Notes: a model not told the origin generated them from the letters alone. Numbered from the stretch's first letter, positions 10,683 through 24,496 are shown. The stretch is 64,000 nt of DNA from Microthyrium microscopicum (GCA_010405405.1 MU004230.1:4017119-4081118); one strand, 5' to 3'. Numbers and translations: made by a program.

Positions 10683-12282
10683 ATGCCACAGCTGACGAGG
10701 GGGAGCCGTACTGCCAGACTTCTTGGGACTGTCGGAGGGAAGCAACATGCCACAGATGCTGATCATGAAGAACCTCTTCCCTCCACTCGCCGGAGTGCGA
10801 GATCAAAGCCGCCAGCCCCGATCAGATTGAACCAAGAAGCAACTGCCCCAAAAGATGCTCCATCAAAAACTCAGCCCAGGAAAATAGATGCAAAAGTTGC
10901 GTCTACTTCTAGCAAAGAGAACTCACCGTCAACCATACCAAAACAACCCGCACCAAAAGGGAATTCCAAGAAGAGGAAGGGCCAGGCAGACACCGAGAAG
11001 GATGCGGAGATCACATCGAAGAGGCAGAAATCTGAAGAGAAAGACGATGAAGCAAGTCGCCCGTTCTCAAGTCAGCACGCGAGTAGTCAACCACGCAAAG
11101 GCGGGCAGCATAAGTACCCAAAGAAACGTCCGACTTTCAACAATATATTCATCGTACCTAAGAAGAAAAACCCAAAGCTTACGTCTTCTCTACAAAGTGC
11201 GAAAGAAGCAGGTATGGAATTGGGACCGTCACCATCTCAACTAGGCTAATGTATTTCACAGGAAACAAAAAGCGAGTGCGACATCTAGCCGATGCAAAGG
11301 TTACGGAAGCTACGAAGCCTAAACCAGCATTTCGAAGACTTGGGGGCGCTCCTGACTCATCACAAGGAGAACCTAGCTCCTCGCTGGGCAGTACAGGCTT
11401 CAACGATTTAGATCTCAGTGGTGTTAAGAGCTCCTCGAGGTCGAGCACGAGCAAGCAAGCCAGTCAAATTCTCCTATCGTCAGGTCCAGGTTCTCACCTG
11501 AGCAATACCGTACCATCCCGTGTCGTAGACCTGTCGGAGACCCCAATCACCGTCGACAGTGATTCGAATATGTCGGATATAGAAGATGACATCGAAGAAA
11601 CCGGTGCCAACAAGCTACCCATCTGCAAACTTTGCGGATCGCTTGTTTCTCAAGACCTCTACGACGAATGGACAGCTCGCTATCCAGTAATGAATTTCCG
11701 GGAACAGCAGAAATTCTGTGACGAACACAAACGTACCCAGGCTGAAAAGGACTGGGTCTCGGAAGGCTACCCAGCAATCGAGTGGGACCAACTACATGCT
11801 CGCCTCAAAAATCACGAGAAAGACATTACCGCAATACTCAGAAATCCCAAAACATCCTTTTTCCGCAGCAAGCTGGAGGAATCTATCAATGCCGGCAAAG
11901 CAAGAAATGTCCTAACTCATGTGACCAAAGATGATGAGGCAGAGACTGCTCACGTCACAGTAGGCTACTATGGAATGAAAGGTTTACAGATGATGTAGGT
12001 GGCTTTCCCTTATTACACACGATACGACAGCTAATCCAGCATAGTACGGCATTCATCATGGAAAATTTCACTGGCAAGCTGAGACGAGTAGCAACAAAGG
12101 ACAGAATCATTGCTGAAAGAGATGTGGCAGGCTATGTGCAGATGGTCCTTGTGCCTGAAATAGCTATGAGACTGATCATGGAAGATATGGATGTAAATGA
12201 AGAGCAGGCACGAGTTATCATGAGAGAGAGTACAAATATTGGTATAGCGCTGAATGACTCTGAGGAGCGCAAAGCGGCCTGA
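10683..12282 (+). CDS. RTC4-like domain protein (disordered K/S-rich N-terminus, CxxC...CxxH motif, C-terminal RTC4-like domain)
   Basis: Exons 10683-11211, 11262-11994, 12045-12282 splice in frame. Motifs CKLC, QQKFCDEH, W..EGYP.IEW, GYYGMKG, YVQMVLVPE.A..LIMEDM, AR.IM.EST.IG. Confidence 0.75.
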
Positions 12283-12685
12283 TCTGGAAACGGACTGGAC
12301 GAAATATTTCTCACGCTCGTGGTATAGACTGTTCAGTATGGACAAACTTCTGGGGGAAGATATACTATCATTATATTTGCAAAGACCCTTCTGATGTAAG
12401 TGAATACTGACGATATTGGTCACACAACTCTCTTCTTATATTTCGCACAAGTTACACACTTCCGATGGGTGGATATAAGATGGGATTCGCAAGTGTCATG
12501 TATCACGCATAATTTGAGGTACTTTATGGTAAAATCTGGGCAATATATTGGGTATCATAGTTCTTGTAATCGTACTAAAGCTGGTTCGTAAGGCTGATAA
12601 TGCAGTGCTTGAAACGATGGCTTGAGCACTGAAATGTCCGCCGGAATTCGTAAGGGTGCAAGTAGGCAATTCATCTCTCAGGTTT

Positions 12686-13561
12686 TCAAGTGTCTCCGAG
12701 ATATTTCTGACGAACTCGTTCCATTTCCAGCTCCGTTGGCATTGGATCCAGAAACAAATCGATCTGCTCTCGCCAGAAGAGATTCCGCATGTTGACCTGA
12801 CATGCCGTTGTATACTCCCAGTACGATGGATACCAGCCTGATGTCTCCCAATCAATGATGCCAACCACTTTATCTCCTTGAACGAGAATGTTGAGACTGC
12901 TAAGGTCTCCATGAGTAAAAACAGGTTGAGGCCAAGGTCCATCTTGAAGTTCCATCATATGATCTACCTCGGGTTCATATCCTGCCTCTCTCGTCAATCC
13001 AGCTCTAAGGAATCTGTGGAATTCCTGTATCGTTTCGAATGGTCCAAACTGTGGAGAGCCTCCTGGTACACGTCCGTCGGAAAGAAGCCCTCCATCCACA
13101 TTTGCAATGCCAATAGTTTTAGGATAATTTAGACTCCGTAGTTCTTTGATGTAGTCTTTGACCTGCACAAGAATCTTGTCTTTGGACTCTTGCGAAAGGT
13201 CTTGCCATACTGAGGCGAGAGTGACGCCAGATATTCGCTCCAGGACGAGGAATGTCCTCTCTTTGTGTACGAAAGAACAGTGAACCTTCGGGACAGGAAT
13301 TGATGTGTTTTTGGCAATGAATTTTAGTGTAGATGCCTCGGTCAGAGATGTAAATGACCCTGACTTTATACAGATAGTTTTCGATGCAAACAAGACGACG
13401 CCATGTTGAGGACGTAAGCGCCGCAGTAGTTTATACGCCAGGAGCGTTAGTACTCTTCGTATAAATGTGTTGTTGATTGGTGGTGATACCGTATTTAGTG
13501 TTGTCGATTTGCTGTCGTCCTCCAGTGACTGTTCTTTCCCTGATGAGTTGTTATGATTCAT
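12686..13561 (-). CDS. Aminoglycoside/choline phosphotransferase (APH, protein-kinase-like) family protein
   Basis: Intronless 291 aa; EA.TL.FI...TSIPVP, FTHGDLSSLNILV, GIIDWETSGWYPSYWEY. Confidence 0.88.
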   Translation of the reverse strand: MNHNNSSGKEQSLEDDSKSTTLNTVSPPINNTFIRRVLTLLAYKLLRRLRPQHGVVLFASKTICIKSGSFTSLTEASTLKFIAKNTSIPVPKVHCSFVHKERTFLVLERISGVTLASVWQDLSQESKDKILVQVKDYIKELRSLNYPKTIGIANVDGGLLSDGRVPGGSPQFGPFETIQEFHRFLRAGLTREAGYEPEVDHMMELQDGPWPQPVFTHGDLSSLNILVQGDKVVGIIDWETSGWYPSYWEYTTACQVNMRNLFWREQIDLFLDPMPTELEMERVRQKYLGDT

Positions 13562-16500
13562 CGAGTGTTGTGGTAGGAAGATGATCGGTCTTGAACGTCC
13601 ACGTCAATATATCGAGAACGTTAGGTCTAGGGCTTTGACGAGTGGTGTAATTCAATTACTACATTTACAGTAGAAGTTCTGGATAGATGTTTCATCCTGA
13701 AAAGAGAATTCTTTAGGGAGTCACCCAATATACGTGAACAACTTATTGTGGATGTAGCAGGTTATAACTTGAGAGTACTAAGAAGTAGCATCTACCTAGT
13801 GGCACTTCAAGAATAAAGAACCTAGCATGATATACATATTTTAATTTCTTCTATTTTAGAATACTGGTTCAATCAAACAAATGAGCTCAAAAATCAAGAC
13901 TAGCTGCAATCAATCCTGGCTGGTCTTGGATGGCCTCAACTGTTATTTTGAGCCATCTGATTTCGGCAAGCTTACAACATTGAACAGCTCTCAAGTATAG
14001 AAGATTCTGCGTCAAATTGTCCAAAAGCGCTAAGCTGGATCAGAAGAAACCTGAAAGGCGTAGAATAATAAAAGTAGGCTTGGACCGTTGGAAAAGGCAA
14101 ATCATCTGCATGTAGTCTTATTTTTAGAATTTAGATCTGAGCAGGCTTGCAGGGTGACTGTTGAGGCTCTGAGCTTATTCTTAGTTCCTTCCATGAACCA
14201 TGACAATCACTCCGTGCTGTTGGGATATACTGGATCATAATAGTGTTACTATGAGCATATGCTCAACGATCAACCATAGCGTGATCTTTCTAAAATGCGT
14301 CATACTATGAAAATGGTGGATGAACTCCTGGATCCTTATGGATCATTGTGGACGTCCAACTCGCGATCTTACCAGGCTGACCTGAAGAAACCACCCGGCT
14401 CCCTGACAAACGTAAAGATTTCCCCAGTATTCCATCAAAACACAGTTCACAGCCTTACCAGAGTCCGACCAAATCAGCAACCATTCTCTCAATGGTGAAG
14501 AAGAGAAAGGTTATTCTAAACCACCCTCTCCATTCGCTAATCCATCTCACTCACACCAACAAAACAGCCAGCCCCCGCATCTCAATCCCCTCGTCCCACT
14601 GGCACAAAAAAAACATGCACGATGCATCCCACAAGCCCACGCGAGCCTGACACCAACGAGGACCAAGGCAGTGGGACCGGGAGGCGGGAACTGTACGAGG
14701 CGCGGTCATTTGTTTTTGACGTGACAGGAAGATTGCTGGGGAAGAACGCGATGTGTTACTATTTTTGGCAACTGCGTGGCTTATAAATGGTACTAGACCA
14801 GGGTGTAGTGGGATGGATGGATGTGCGGAAACGGAAACTTTTATTTTGCTGCAGGAACTTATCCTGCTGGAACGAGGGATTTGCACGTGTAGGTTGTACA
14901 TGTTACCTTGCTGCAAGGCTGGCAGGATAACAGCCTTGAGGATGGTGTTGCGGACGCGAGATCAGCACTATGATACAAGTAGGACTAGAAGGGGCTTTGA
15001 TGCTGAAAAATTCGCGATGAGACTGGATTGGGGATTGGTTGGTGTGAGTGCTAATAGGCGAGTGAATAGAGCAAACCCTTGCGTAGAGTTGATATGACGG
15101 AAGCTTGAAAATTGTACCTATATGGTAGTCTGGCCCATGTTGAGATGTAAAATCCTTTTGAGAATTGATTGATGCCTTGCTGGAAGAATATTCTTTCTGA
15201 ATTGTGTGGAACAATCGTCGATCATATTTCAATGCACCCTTTGTGATATGATCCACAGCCATGCGGCTCCGTCGAATCTCAGGGTTCATATATAAAGTAG
15301 ATACTAAACTTTAGGAGAATATAGAGCGAATCCTTCGTCGTGAGAAGCAGATTGACGAGGCGATCATATGGAGATCCTGAACAAGGGGGAAAGCATTACA
15401 ATCAAGATGTTATGATAAGGGCCCGTGAGCCAAGAAGCGGAGGTTAATTTATGGGCAATATGGAGGATAGTTGAGGGTTCATTTGGCAAGATTTTTGTTC
15501 TTGTATTCCGCGGAGAGACTTCCGTAAGTAGATATTGCCGCAAGGGATAGCGAATGTGTACCTAGGGAACAATGTTCATTGTGGGACAAATGACCCTGAT
15601 TTGTTCTCGGATTCTGCCGTGGGAGCACAAAATACATGATTCGTTTCAACTTTGAAATTGGCCGTTCCGAGCAGCTAAAAGTCTTGACAAAAAGCTTATA
15701 TGTGAGAGAAAGTAGCTCGTACAGCAATCAAAGGTTGACAAGTTACTGGTGGTTTGATAGAGGGCGATGCAAAGTCAATATATAGCAGTGAGGCTATGCA
15801 GAAATGGAGTGCATTAGCAGCACGATCAAGGCATAAAAGGGCATATCTGGGACATGTTTTAGGGCGAAGGAGGGACAGCTGATTGGACGTAAAACGGTGA
15901 GGGAAGTTTAAACGGCTGGCAATCTGGGATAAAGTAGGAAGACGTCTCAGGAGGGCAGGCGGTGGCATCTGCGCATGGATTCGGCGAGATATGGATGGAG
16001 CAATCTTAATGTCAAATTGAGACTTTGGAGTGGTAAGGGTAATACTTGGTGGAGAAAAAGGTTGAGATTGATGTTTAATTCTTGTGGACCAGCATCCCCC
16101 AGAAAGGGATATCTAAGCTTCGGGATGTCGATACTCCAGACTGGTCTCGATGAAATGCAGATAATGGTCTTATTGTTTAGAGTCTTAAAAGAAGAGAGGA
16201 TCATATTGAAATGGAAGGAAAAGCACGGTCAAGGCGAAGAAGGGATGGAAGGAAGGGTTGCAGATTATAGCCTACTCCAGAGTAAAGGGCTAAATATCCA
16301 ATTGACGGCATTTTGGGGCCTGCACCTGCTGAGCTAAGCCCCACTCCTTATAATTACGCCATCCTCATTGGCAGGAATGCCCGTTAATTGCCTCCATTTG
16401 CGAACTGATGCAGACAAATTCGCCCGATCAGGCGTCCCTTGAGCACGACACTACACCAGGCTCGTTCTTCTTAGACGTGGATCAGACCAGTTAAAATCAG

Positions 16501-17195
16501 CACTTTCAAGGCCTCGATAGTGGGAATGGTCTGTTGCCAGGTATGGTGTTTAACCGGCAGATACCAGACAGGGCGAACGGGCCAGTAGGATTGTCGCGAG
16601 CCAGTCAGATCCCGCAAACTACCAGACGGACTGAAAGGCCATAGATTTGATTTCGCTGAATCTCATTGCTCGACTTTCAAGGTGGTCGGTCACTGGTGGT
16701 GCTGGCTCAAGGTCTCGACGGGCTGCTGCGGCTTGGTGCTTGTCGTTCAACTTACTCTATATTTAGCACTCTCCCACCCGCCGCCAACCTTCTTTCCCTC
16801 CCATCTCTCCGCTCAGTGCTGTCACTCTGCTCAATCTCCCTACCAAAGCAAAGTACTGTCTGGAATTTGCCAGAGCCAGACGCCTGTCAAAATAGTCTGT
16901 TGCCTGTTAATTCCACTCTCATATACCCTCATCCCCTCTTGGCTTCTCTCGTGCCTCTCTATCCTGCACCCAAGTCTATTTTTGCCTCTTCGTTATTTCC
17001 TTAATATCTGTTGCTTTTCTCGTCTTGCTTTCCACGTCACTTGTGTCGGTGCTCTCAACATCCTTCCCTCCATTTCCCAATTAGACGCGATCCGCAACCC
17101 CGTCCACTCCGGGTAGATCAGTTCTATACCAACACTCTGGACCCCATTCACTCTCTTCTTCACCTAGGGGATTATTGAACCCTCACGTCGCCACC

Positions 17196-18995
17196 ATGGG
17201 CCGGCGCAAAATAGAAATCAAGGCCATTAAGGATGACCGCAATCGAAGTGTCACTTTTCTGAAGCGCAAGGGCGGCCTATTCAAAAAGGCACATGAGCTG
17301 AGCGTTCTTACCAGCGTCGAGGTCGCTGTCGTCATATTCGGTCATAACAACAAGCTGTTTGAGTACTGCTCCACCAAAGACTTGCCGGATTTCATGGCGC
17401 GTTATCAATATGCCAGGGGTCATGTATGAACTTCAAATCTTGGTACCGCCCCACATGGCTAACATGATTTTTAGTATGGCGGCGCACACGAGCACAAGGG
17501 TCCCGAAGATTTTAACGGAAAGAAGGACGACGACGACGATGATGATGAAGACATTGACGATCAGGTCACTGAATCGCATTCTCCACCCCAACAGGCAATG
17601 ATGCCTCATCATCTCCAAACCCAGCCTGTTTTTCAACACATTGGAGGAACACCGTCGGCATCTCCGCCAATGCCTAATGGCGTTTTCCAGCAGCGACAAG
17701 GCACTCCACATTCGAATCCACAACTCTCGAGACCAGCGTCGCGCACACATATCCGGCATCCAAGTAATGGGGTTCAGCTTCCAACAGGTATTTCACAACC
17801 ACCGCAAGGGCCAGGTCAACCAAGCTACGCATACATGCCAAACCCGCCAATTTACAATCCTCAAGCTGCAGCCGGTATGCAAGCGCGCGCGCAGCAACAA
17901 CCACCACCACTCCAATATCACCCACAATATACTTCTATGCCGCAAAACCATGTACAACCTCCTCACCCGTCGCCTCAACCAAATCAACAAATGTTTCAAC
18001 AAGAACAGCGGTTATCAATCCCAACAAGTCAACCACATCAACCTCATCAACCACAACAAACAGCGCAAGATTCCAAACCGCCGATAATACAACATCCCGT
18101 GCAGTCGCCTGAGCAGCAGCAAGGTCAATTTAATAGCCCACCTCTGCCGCAGCCTAAGCCTTTGCCTGCATCAAAATCGCAACACAGTATCTTCACGCCC
18201 ATAGATGACAGTAGATCATTACTGGCGAGACATTGGGACATAAAACCTGAGCCACCCAAGCCAATCAATGAAGGGAGTCGTGCTCAATCATTAGACGTTG
18301 GAGCGATGAAACGTAATGCAAATGGTCTGCCCAACGGTATTAACAAGACTCCGCCAGGCCATGGACCAACGAGTAATCCACCACAGAGGACGAATTCCAC
18401 GCCTGCATCAATGGGTCCAATGCCTCCAATGCGGACGAATTCAATGGCATCGGATGCTGCGAAAAGACCACGGCTCAAAGTGCAGATTCCGTTGGACGAA
18501 GATGAGGATGGAAAGACACCAACCTCAACCAGTTCGCCAGCTACACAAAGACCGCCCAGAGATCCGAACAACACGCTGACACCGATACGAGAAGGACCGT
18601 TACTGCCACCCCCTTCTCCGTCAGCGTCTGCGTTATTATCAGCCGGAGCAACTGGACCACCAAACCCATTTGCTCGACCACCGCCTCCGTCGCAACAAAA
18701 TGGAGGCAATGTAGGCGATATCGCGACTCCTCTCTCCGCTCTTCCCTCCAGATTTGTTAGTGACCAACTACTCCCCAGCCCGTCTAGTTTCATGCCTGAA
18801 TGGGGCTTTGGAAGAGGCGATAATGGTGGTGGAGGAAATCTTCTCCCAAGTCCGTTAAATTTCCAAACACCGGTGAATACGACAGGCCCAAGCTTCAGGA
18901 CAGAAAACAGTGCAGAGAAGAGAAAAGCCGAAGAACTTGAACGGGAAGATTCTGCACTCGCTGCATCTGGCCAAATAAAGAGAATCAAAACTTAG
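17196..18995 (+). CDS. rlmA: MEF2-type MADS-box transcription factor (Rlm1/RlmA-like)
   Basis: [42 protein letters not shown] box. Intron 17424-17474 joins to [15 protein letters not shown]-rich body with conserved [40 protein letters not shown] and LLPSPSSF. Confidence 0.92.
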
Positions 18996-20653
18996 GAACG
19001 CGAAGATTCTGTGATTGGTACACCTGGCAGAATAAAGGGGATTGAAAATTGTAAACCCAAGCTTCATCCTTATCAACTGCCAGCTCTGGATATGAGCTTT
19101 CTTTCACCATCAAAGCGAAAACTTGATCCAATGGAACCAAAATCATACTATTCGGCAACACCAGACTCTGCATACTCGGACAATATTTTCTTCCGAGCCA
19201 TGACAGAGTCTCCGCTCAAGTCTCCCTTCAAATCATCCTCACCCTTACGACTATAAATCAACCACACCATTTATTCCAAGTGTAACTTTACCGAATTCTT
19301 CCAACTAGCCGCGGACTCACGTGCAGAACCACCAACGACCCATTGCGTCCAGCGTTTTCCATCGACCTATTTTTATTCCACTTTCATTGCATGGTGTATA
19401 AAACGGCGGCCCATGTTTGGAGTAGGCGTTCTTCTTTTTTTTGTACGGAATAACGAGGCGAAAACTCATTTCCATTTTTTTTCCAACAACTATACGGCTA
19501 ACTGTATGGGTTCAAAACTTTTACTGATACCCTGGGATCATCATTTCTACTTTGTTTTTGACAGGCGTTTTTTTGTTTTATCCAGATATCAATCGCTTAT
19601 TGCATCATTGCGAGTACCTGTGTACCTAGCGACCAGAGACTCTTAGAGGATATTGAAGGGCGAATTCATTGGGGGCTGCTTGGATGAGCGTGTTCATTCG
19701 TTGATGGTAGATGGCTGTTAAGATTAGCTTTTTAGCAGGAAATTACATGATAGCGTCTGAGATGTTCAAACCGATTTTCCGCCTCTATTACTGATTTGTG
19801 ACTGTGAAATTATGCCATTGCGAGCGAACCGGTCAACTGTTCGCGCTGGTTGGACTTTGGAGTGTGAGATGGAAATGAAGCAATGAAGTTGGATGGTGCT
19901 GGTGCCATGCGATGGTGACGGATGAGGCTGAAACTGATCCAAAAATAGGTATCGCGCTTGTTAGCTGCCTTTTGGCTTCCCCAAGAGTCCAAGGGAAAGG
20001 CAAGCTTGGTTTTCGCGTCTATCAAAGTCAAATCCTGGTACTTCTCGTGGTGGGCAAAGTCAAAGTGAGGTGAGCAGGACCGATGAGGCTGTGATAATGA
20101 TATCCATGGCTCAGGTGTATCGGAACTTCTCGCCTCCTAGAGTAGTAGGCGCATACGCAGTGGATACATTAGTAGACATTCAAGCCTCTTGAAAGTAGTA
20201 CATCTGCTATCATACATGACAACATATAATCGGACCGTATATATTCTGATTAAGATTACCCGGCGCTCGAAGAAGAATTCGATCTAGCCCAATGCACAAT
20301 GCGCAGCCCAGCCTGATCGTTCAAGGTACTCCCAGCAACGTGCTTGATCCATTCCCAACACAGCCGCAAGCCCAACTTCACGAATCTGCCTAGCTGAATC
20401 AACACTCTCCCTCGACCTCGGATACCTATTGCTATTCTTTTCCTCTTCCTCGTCTTGGCCACTCCCATTGAGTCCTACTACTCAATCTTCAACACTTGAA
20501 ACACTGAGACACACGCAACACTGAGCCTAACGTATCACAACCAGTTGCTGCCCCTCATCCTCGGACAACTACCCCTCCAGCCCCGTCGCAAAGCCTCAGC
20601 TTCGACAAGAACGACATCAATCCTCAACTTCTCAAGAGCTAGGAATTTTGATA

Positions 20654-21887
20654 ATGTCGGCTTACAGGAATCACTACAATCCTGACGCGCTCCCTGCTCA
20701 CGTCGAGCCCGAACAGGTACCCCATCCGACCCCTAACCACAACCTCCACTTCAACCACGAGATACTAACCACCATACAGGCCGCTGCCCTCCTATCCGGC
20801 GGTAGAAAGGACCCCAAACCAGCACCACCTCCCAACGACCGCTACACACGACCCGCCCCCGACCCACGCCGCGACTCCGGCCGTCCACCACGCGACGACT
20901 CCTACGGGCGCCCACCACCACCCCGCGACTCCTACGGCCCACCTCCTCCCCAACGTGACTCCTACGGCGCCAACGCACCACCACCGCGCGACTCCTGGGG
21001 CCGCCCACCGCCTCCCCGCGACAACTACGGCGGCGGGCCATCCGGCGCAGCAGGATTCACAAGTCCACCACCATCATCCTATGGCCCGCCTCCACCAGCG
21101 CAAAGTCGGCCACCGGCAAACTATAGACCTCCATCAACACTACCGCCACCGCGCGATGGGAATGATAGAGATGCGCTGTGGCCGATGTTCAAGACGGTGG
21201 ATAAAGATGGGAGCGGACAGTTGAGTGAGGCGGAGTTGAGGAGGGCGCTGGTGAATGGGGATTGGAGTCCGTTTGATGGACATACAGTGAAGATGATGAT
21301 TCGGATGTTTGATGCGGATCGAAATGGGAGTATAAATTTTGACGAGTTTTGGTATCGTTCTTCCCCTTCTCCTATCTCAAACTATACCCTTGGAAGAGCA
21401 GCGCTAATAGTAGTGTTTGTATAGTGGGCTATGGGGCTTTTTAAGTGCCTGGCGAAACCTGTTTGATCGATTCGATATTGATCGCAGCGGCAACATAAGC
21501 TTCAGCGAATTTAAGGACGCGCTCGTCGCTTTTGGATATAAGCTCAGTCCGCAGTTTGTCAGCTTGCTGTTCCGCACGTATGATCGACGGGGCGAGAATG
21601 CCATGAGCTTTGATTTGTTTGTGCAAGCCTGCATTAGTTTGAAGCGTATGACGGATGTTTTCAAAAAGTATGATGAGGATCGTGATGGATATATCACGCT
21701 AAGTTTGTAAGTTTTGATGCCAGGGAGAACTACCATGATTTTCGAGACTTTTGGATTGATTTTGATATACTAACTTCTACTGTAGTGAAGAATTCCTCAC
21801 AGGTGCGCAATCGCTATTTCTTATGAACTCTATTTCGGCGTCGACTGATACGGGCGTGTTTTAGAAATCATCAAGCAGCTTGATTAG
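20654..21887 (+). CDS. pef1: Penta-EF-hand calcium-binding protein (peflin/PEF1)
   Basis: YNPDALPAH N-terminus, PPPRDSYG repeats, EF loops DKDGSGQLSEAE, DADRNGSINFDE, DIDRSGNISFSE, DEDRDGYITLS. Introns 20717-20779, 21352-21424, 21707-21785, 21803-21864; 17-nt exon 21786-21802. Confidence 0.92.
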
Positions 21888-22669
21888 ATGAAGTGGTTTA
21901 TCAAATGTCGTGTGTGATAATCACATATTCTTACTTTCCTTTGGTCGGCGTTAGCTACGTCTGGCTGTTTTGAAATACCCATGATAGTAACTACCTTTTA
22001 CGTTTAAAGGCTTGTCATATCTCATATATCTGTTGATCTTTCCTAAAAACCCTATTCTTAGACAGCGAGACTGGACTAGACATCATGATCGCGAATTTGG
22101 TCGGCGTTGGCTGCGGGCGCATGGCAATCGAATGCTTGTCTCCTCTGCTCATGATCGGAGCGATGTTAGAGTATGTCAAAAATTAGCAAAAGACATTGGA
22201 CTCAAATCTATGCTGATTGCCAGACTTGTCTTATACTTAGTAGTAGACATAAGCTCCTCGCTGTAGTGAGCATTTAAACATCCACTGAGATATTTCAGTA
22301 TCAACCACCACCTATAATGTTCCTTGCCGTAATAGTCAAGCCCTCGGCAGACGCAAAGCTCCACTGAATGGTATCGCCAATCTGCACAACTAGCAAGAAG
22401 TGGAGCCATACTTGAATATCTTAAAACTTTCTCAGGCAAGGACAGCGCTGGGTCTTATTGTCAACAAATCGAGCCCCTTTCGCTACACAGAACAACGGGC
22501 AGACATCTTTGGCGGCTGCAATACTTGAGCTTTGGTCATGGGCACTGAGTTGACTTTGATGAAGTAGTTAGAGAGGTGATAGTCTGACAAGCAAGGCGGA
22601 AGGCAGCGTCTTCCACTTAGCAATGGTATGGGGAGGAGGCATTGCAACTAGCCACTGTTGATTAGAAAT

Positions 22670-22934
22670 TGAGTTGGGACAGATATACAAAGGCAGTCAA
22701 GGTGACGATACCGACTGGTTCGAGTAGTTTGGCGGTAAGGTCGTCTATTGCTTCATCATCGTCAACAGCACAGGCAGCAGGTCACACTGGGACATCAGAA
22801 ACACGGAGAGCAAGAAGAGCAGTACCACAGGCGCGATAGTAGGTGGAGTTGTCTGTGGCATTGTGAGTGCTCTGCTTGTCGCTGGAGCAGTGGTGTCTCT
22901 GGCGCGAAGTCTCCAAGAGTCGATGAGGAACTAA
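22670..22934 (+). pseudogene. Probable decayed fragment of an S/T-rich single-pass membrane protein gene
   Basis: S/T-rich stretch (TIPTGSSSLAVRSSIASSSSTAQ) is followed, in a different frame, by KKSSTTGAIVGGVVCGIVSALLVAGAVV, a typical fungal TM anchor. No intact start or continuous frame found. Confidence 0.3.
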
Positions 22935-23362
22935 GAAGACGGTCATACCGTACGCATGCCCGTCTAGCGAATTACCTCGATCATCACTTGCTGCTGCATC
23001 TGAACTTCCAGGAGATGATGCCAACGAGGAATACTCAAGGGTGGTGGGAGTAAACATAATGACCAAGCGAATACCATATCGGGACAGCATAAGATGCCCG
23101 TGGAGTCGTGACTTCGTCGTATGGAATTGGATTTGCATTTAGCGTCAGCGTTTCGCATACCAACATAAGAATAGATACTGATTTTTGATATTCTGTGCTA
23201 ATCTTCTCATTTCCCTACCCTAGTAAGCAGCATAATGTTACATTGCGAGCTTTTCTGTCCCTCCCTAGCTAAGCAACTGATCCGATCCGAAATTATCCTT
23301 ACCATTTCCATTGTCACACGATATCGTCAGATCCAAGTATTCAAACAATTCCCTTTCTTCGT

Positions 23363-24085
23363 TCACAAAATCTTCTCCTGCTTATTAGCATACAATCTTC
23401 CCATATCAACACCAACCCCATGGCCATAAACAAGCGTGCCACCAAGATGTGCACCAAACACAAAAAGTGGCAACATCAAGGCACTGATAATCACATTCGT
23501 CCCACTCGGTGCACTCATCGAATTGGCACTTCTCGTCCACCAATTATACGCCATCGCCGCAATGACCAAATCCATCGTCGCAGCATGCGCGAGCGCAATC
23601 TTAACCTTTGGATGTGTCTCCTTGTTCAATTGACCAGCATTGTCGCTGCGCTTAATCTTCTCTGTGTAGCGTTGGCGGTTGAGTAGTTTTAGGAGTTCGT
23701 AGATGCCGGACGTGACGGACGGAATGGCGGACAAAAGGCCGAGTATGGTGGCGAGATTTCCGTAGTGGGAGATGGCGGTTAGGTAGGGTTTGACATCGTA
23801 GATGTTGGCGAGGGTTTGGGAGGTTGAGGGGTGGGTGGCGAGTCCGTAGGTGACGTCGAGAAGTTGGGCGGAGAGGAAGAAGGTGAGTGGGAAATGGACG
23901 AGGGCGGGGTGGACTGGGTGGGCCTCACTGTGAGTATTGTTAGTGAGGTTGTTCAGATGGGATGTTGGAATTGGAACTTACACGACTTTGGCGTGTTCCC
24001 TGGTGGATCGTACTGCGACGTCTTGGGATCGAGTGACGGGTGCGTCGGGGGATCGGTTGGGGGATCGGTTGACTGGTTTGGACAT
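23363..24085 (-). CDS. DUF2231-like predicted membrane protein
   Basis: Exons 24085-23982 and 23927-23363 (intron 23928-23981). HPVHPALVHFPL motif, several hydrophobic helices, HAATM, GAHLGGTLVYGHGVGV. Confidence 0.8.
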
Positions 24086-24433
24086 ATTGAGGGGTTTTGA
24101 TCTTGATTGTAGTATGTGGTGTACGTGGTGTATGCGTTTTCGGTTGATGAAGTTGGAGAGTGTGTTAGGAAGAAGAAAAGAAGGACTGACGTTGTAGAAG
24201 TAGTGCTTGGTATGACAATGACAACAAGGCTGGTCAGTGGTTTGGAAGCTTGCTTTGACAGTGCATACACTTGAGAATACCATGACGCTGGACTCCCATC
24301 CCCACAAGGTACCCATCCAATCAAACCCTAGCATTTGCTCATCGCTCCATAAAACCGGGGATGATCATCAAGCCTCGTATGCCATCCTGTACTTCATCGT
24401 GTTGGAGTTGAAGGAACGTCTCTGGATATAGGC

Positions 24434-24496
24434 AGGGGCCGCTAGGGGTTCCTAGCACCTGCCAGGCGTCCTGCTAGGGGTTATGTCTTATCCCCT
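24434..24496. promoter_or_regulatory. Cluster of STRE-like AGGGG/CCCCT sites upstream of the DUF2231-like gene
   Basis: AGGGG at 24434, 24444, 24476 and CCCCT at 24492; GCTAGGGGTT occurs twice. Confidence 0.3.

Noticed and set aside
14295..16337. Several 60-128 aa ORFs on both strands
   Set aside because: No recognisable motifs, no consistent exon chain, overlapping on opposite strands.
16666..17116. ORFs upstream of rlmA
   Set aside because: Non-ATG starts in a pyrimidine-rich leader or promoter region; low-complexity translation.
18284..18988. 234-aa antisense ORF inside rlmA (and similar antisense ORFs in RCL1, ERG10, the SDRs and SNU114)
   Set aside because: Shadow frames of genuine coding sequence.
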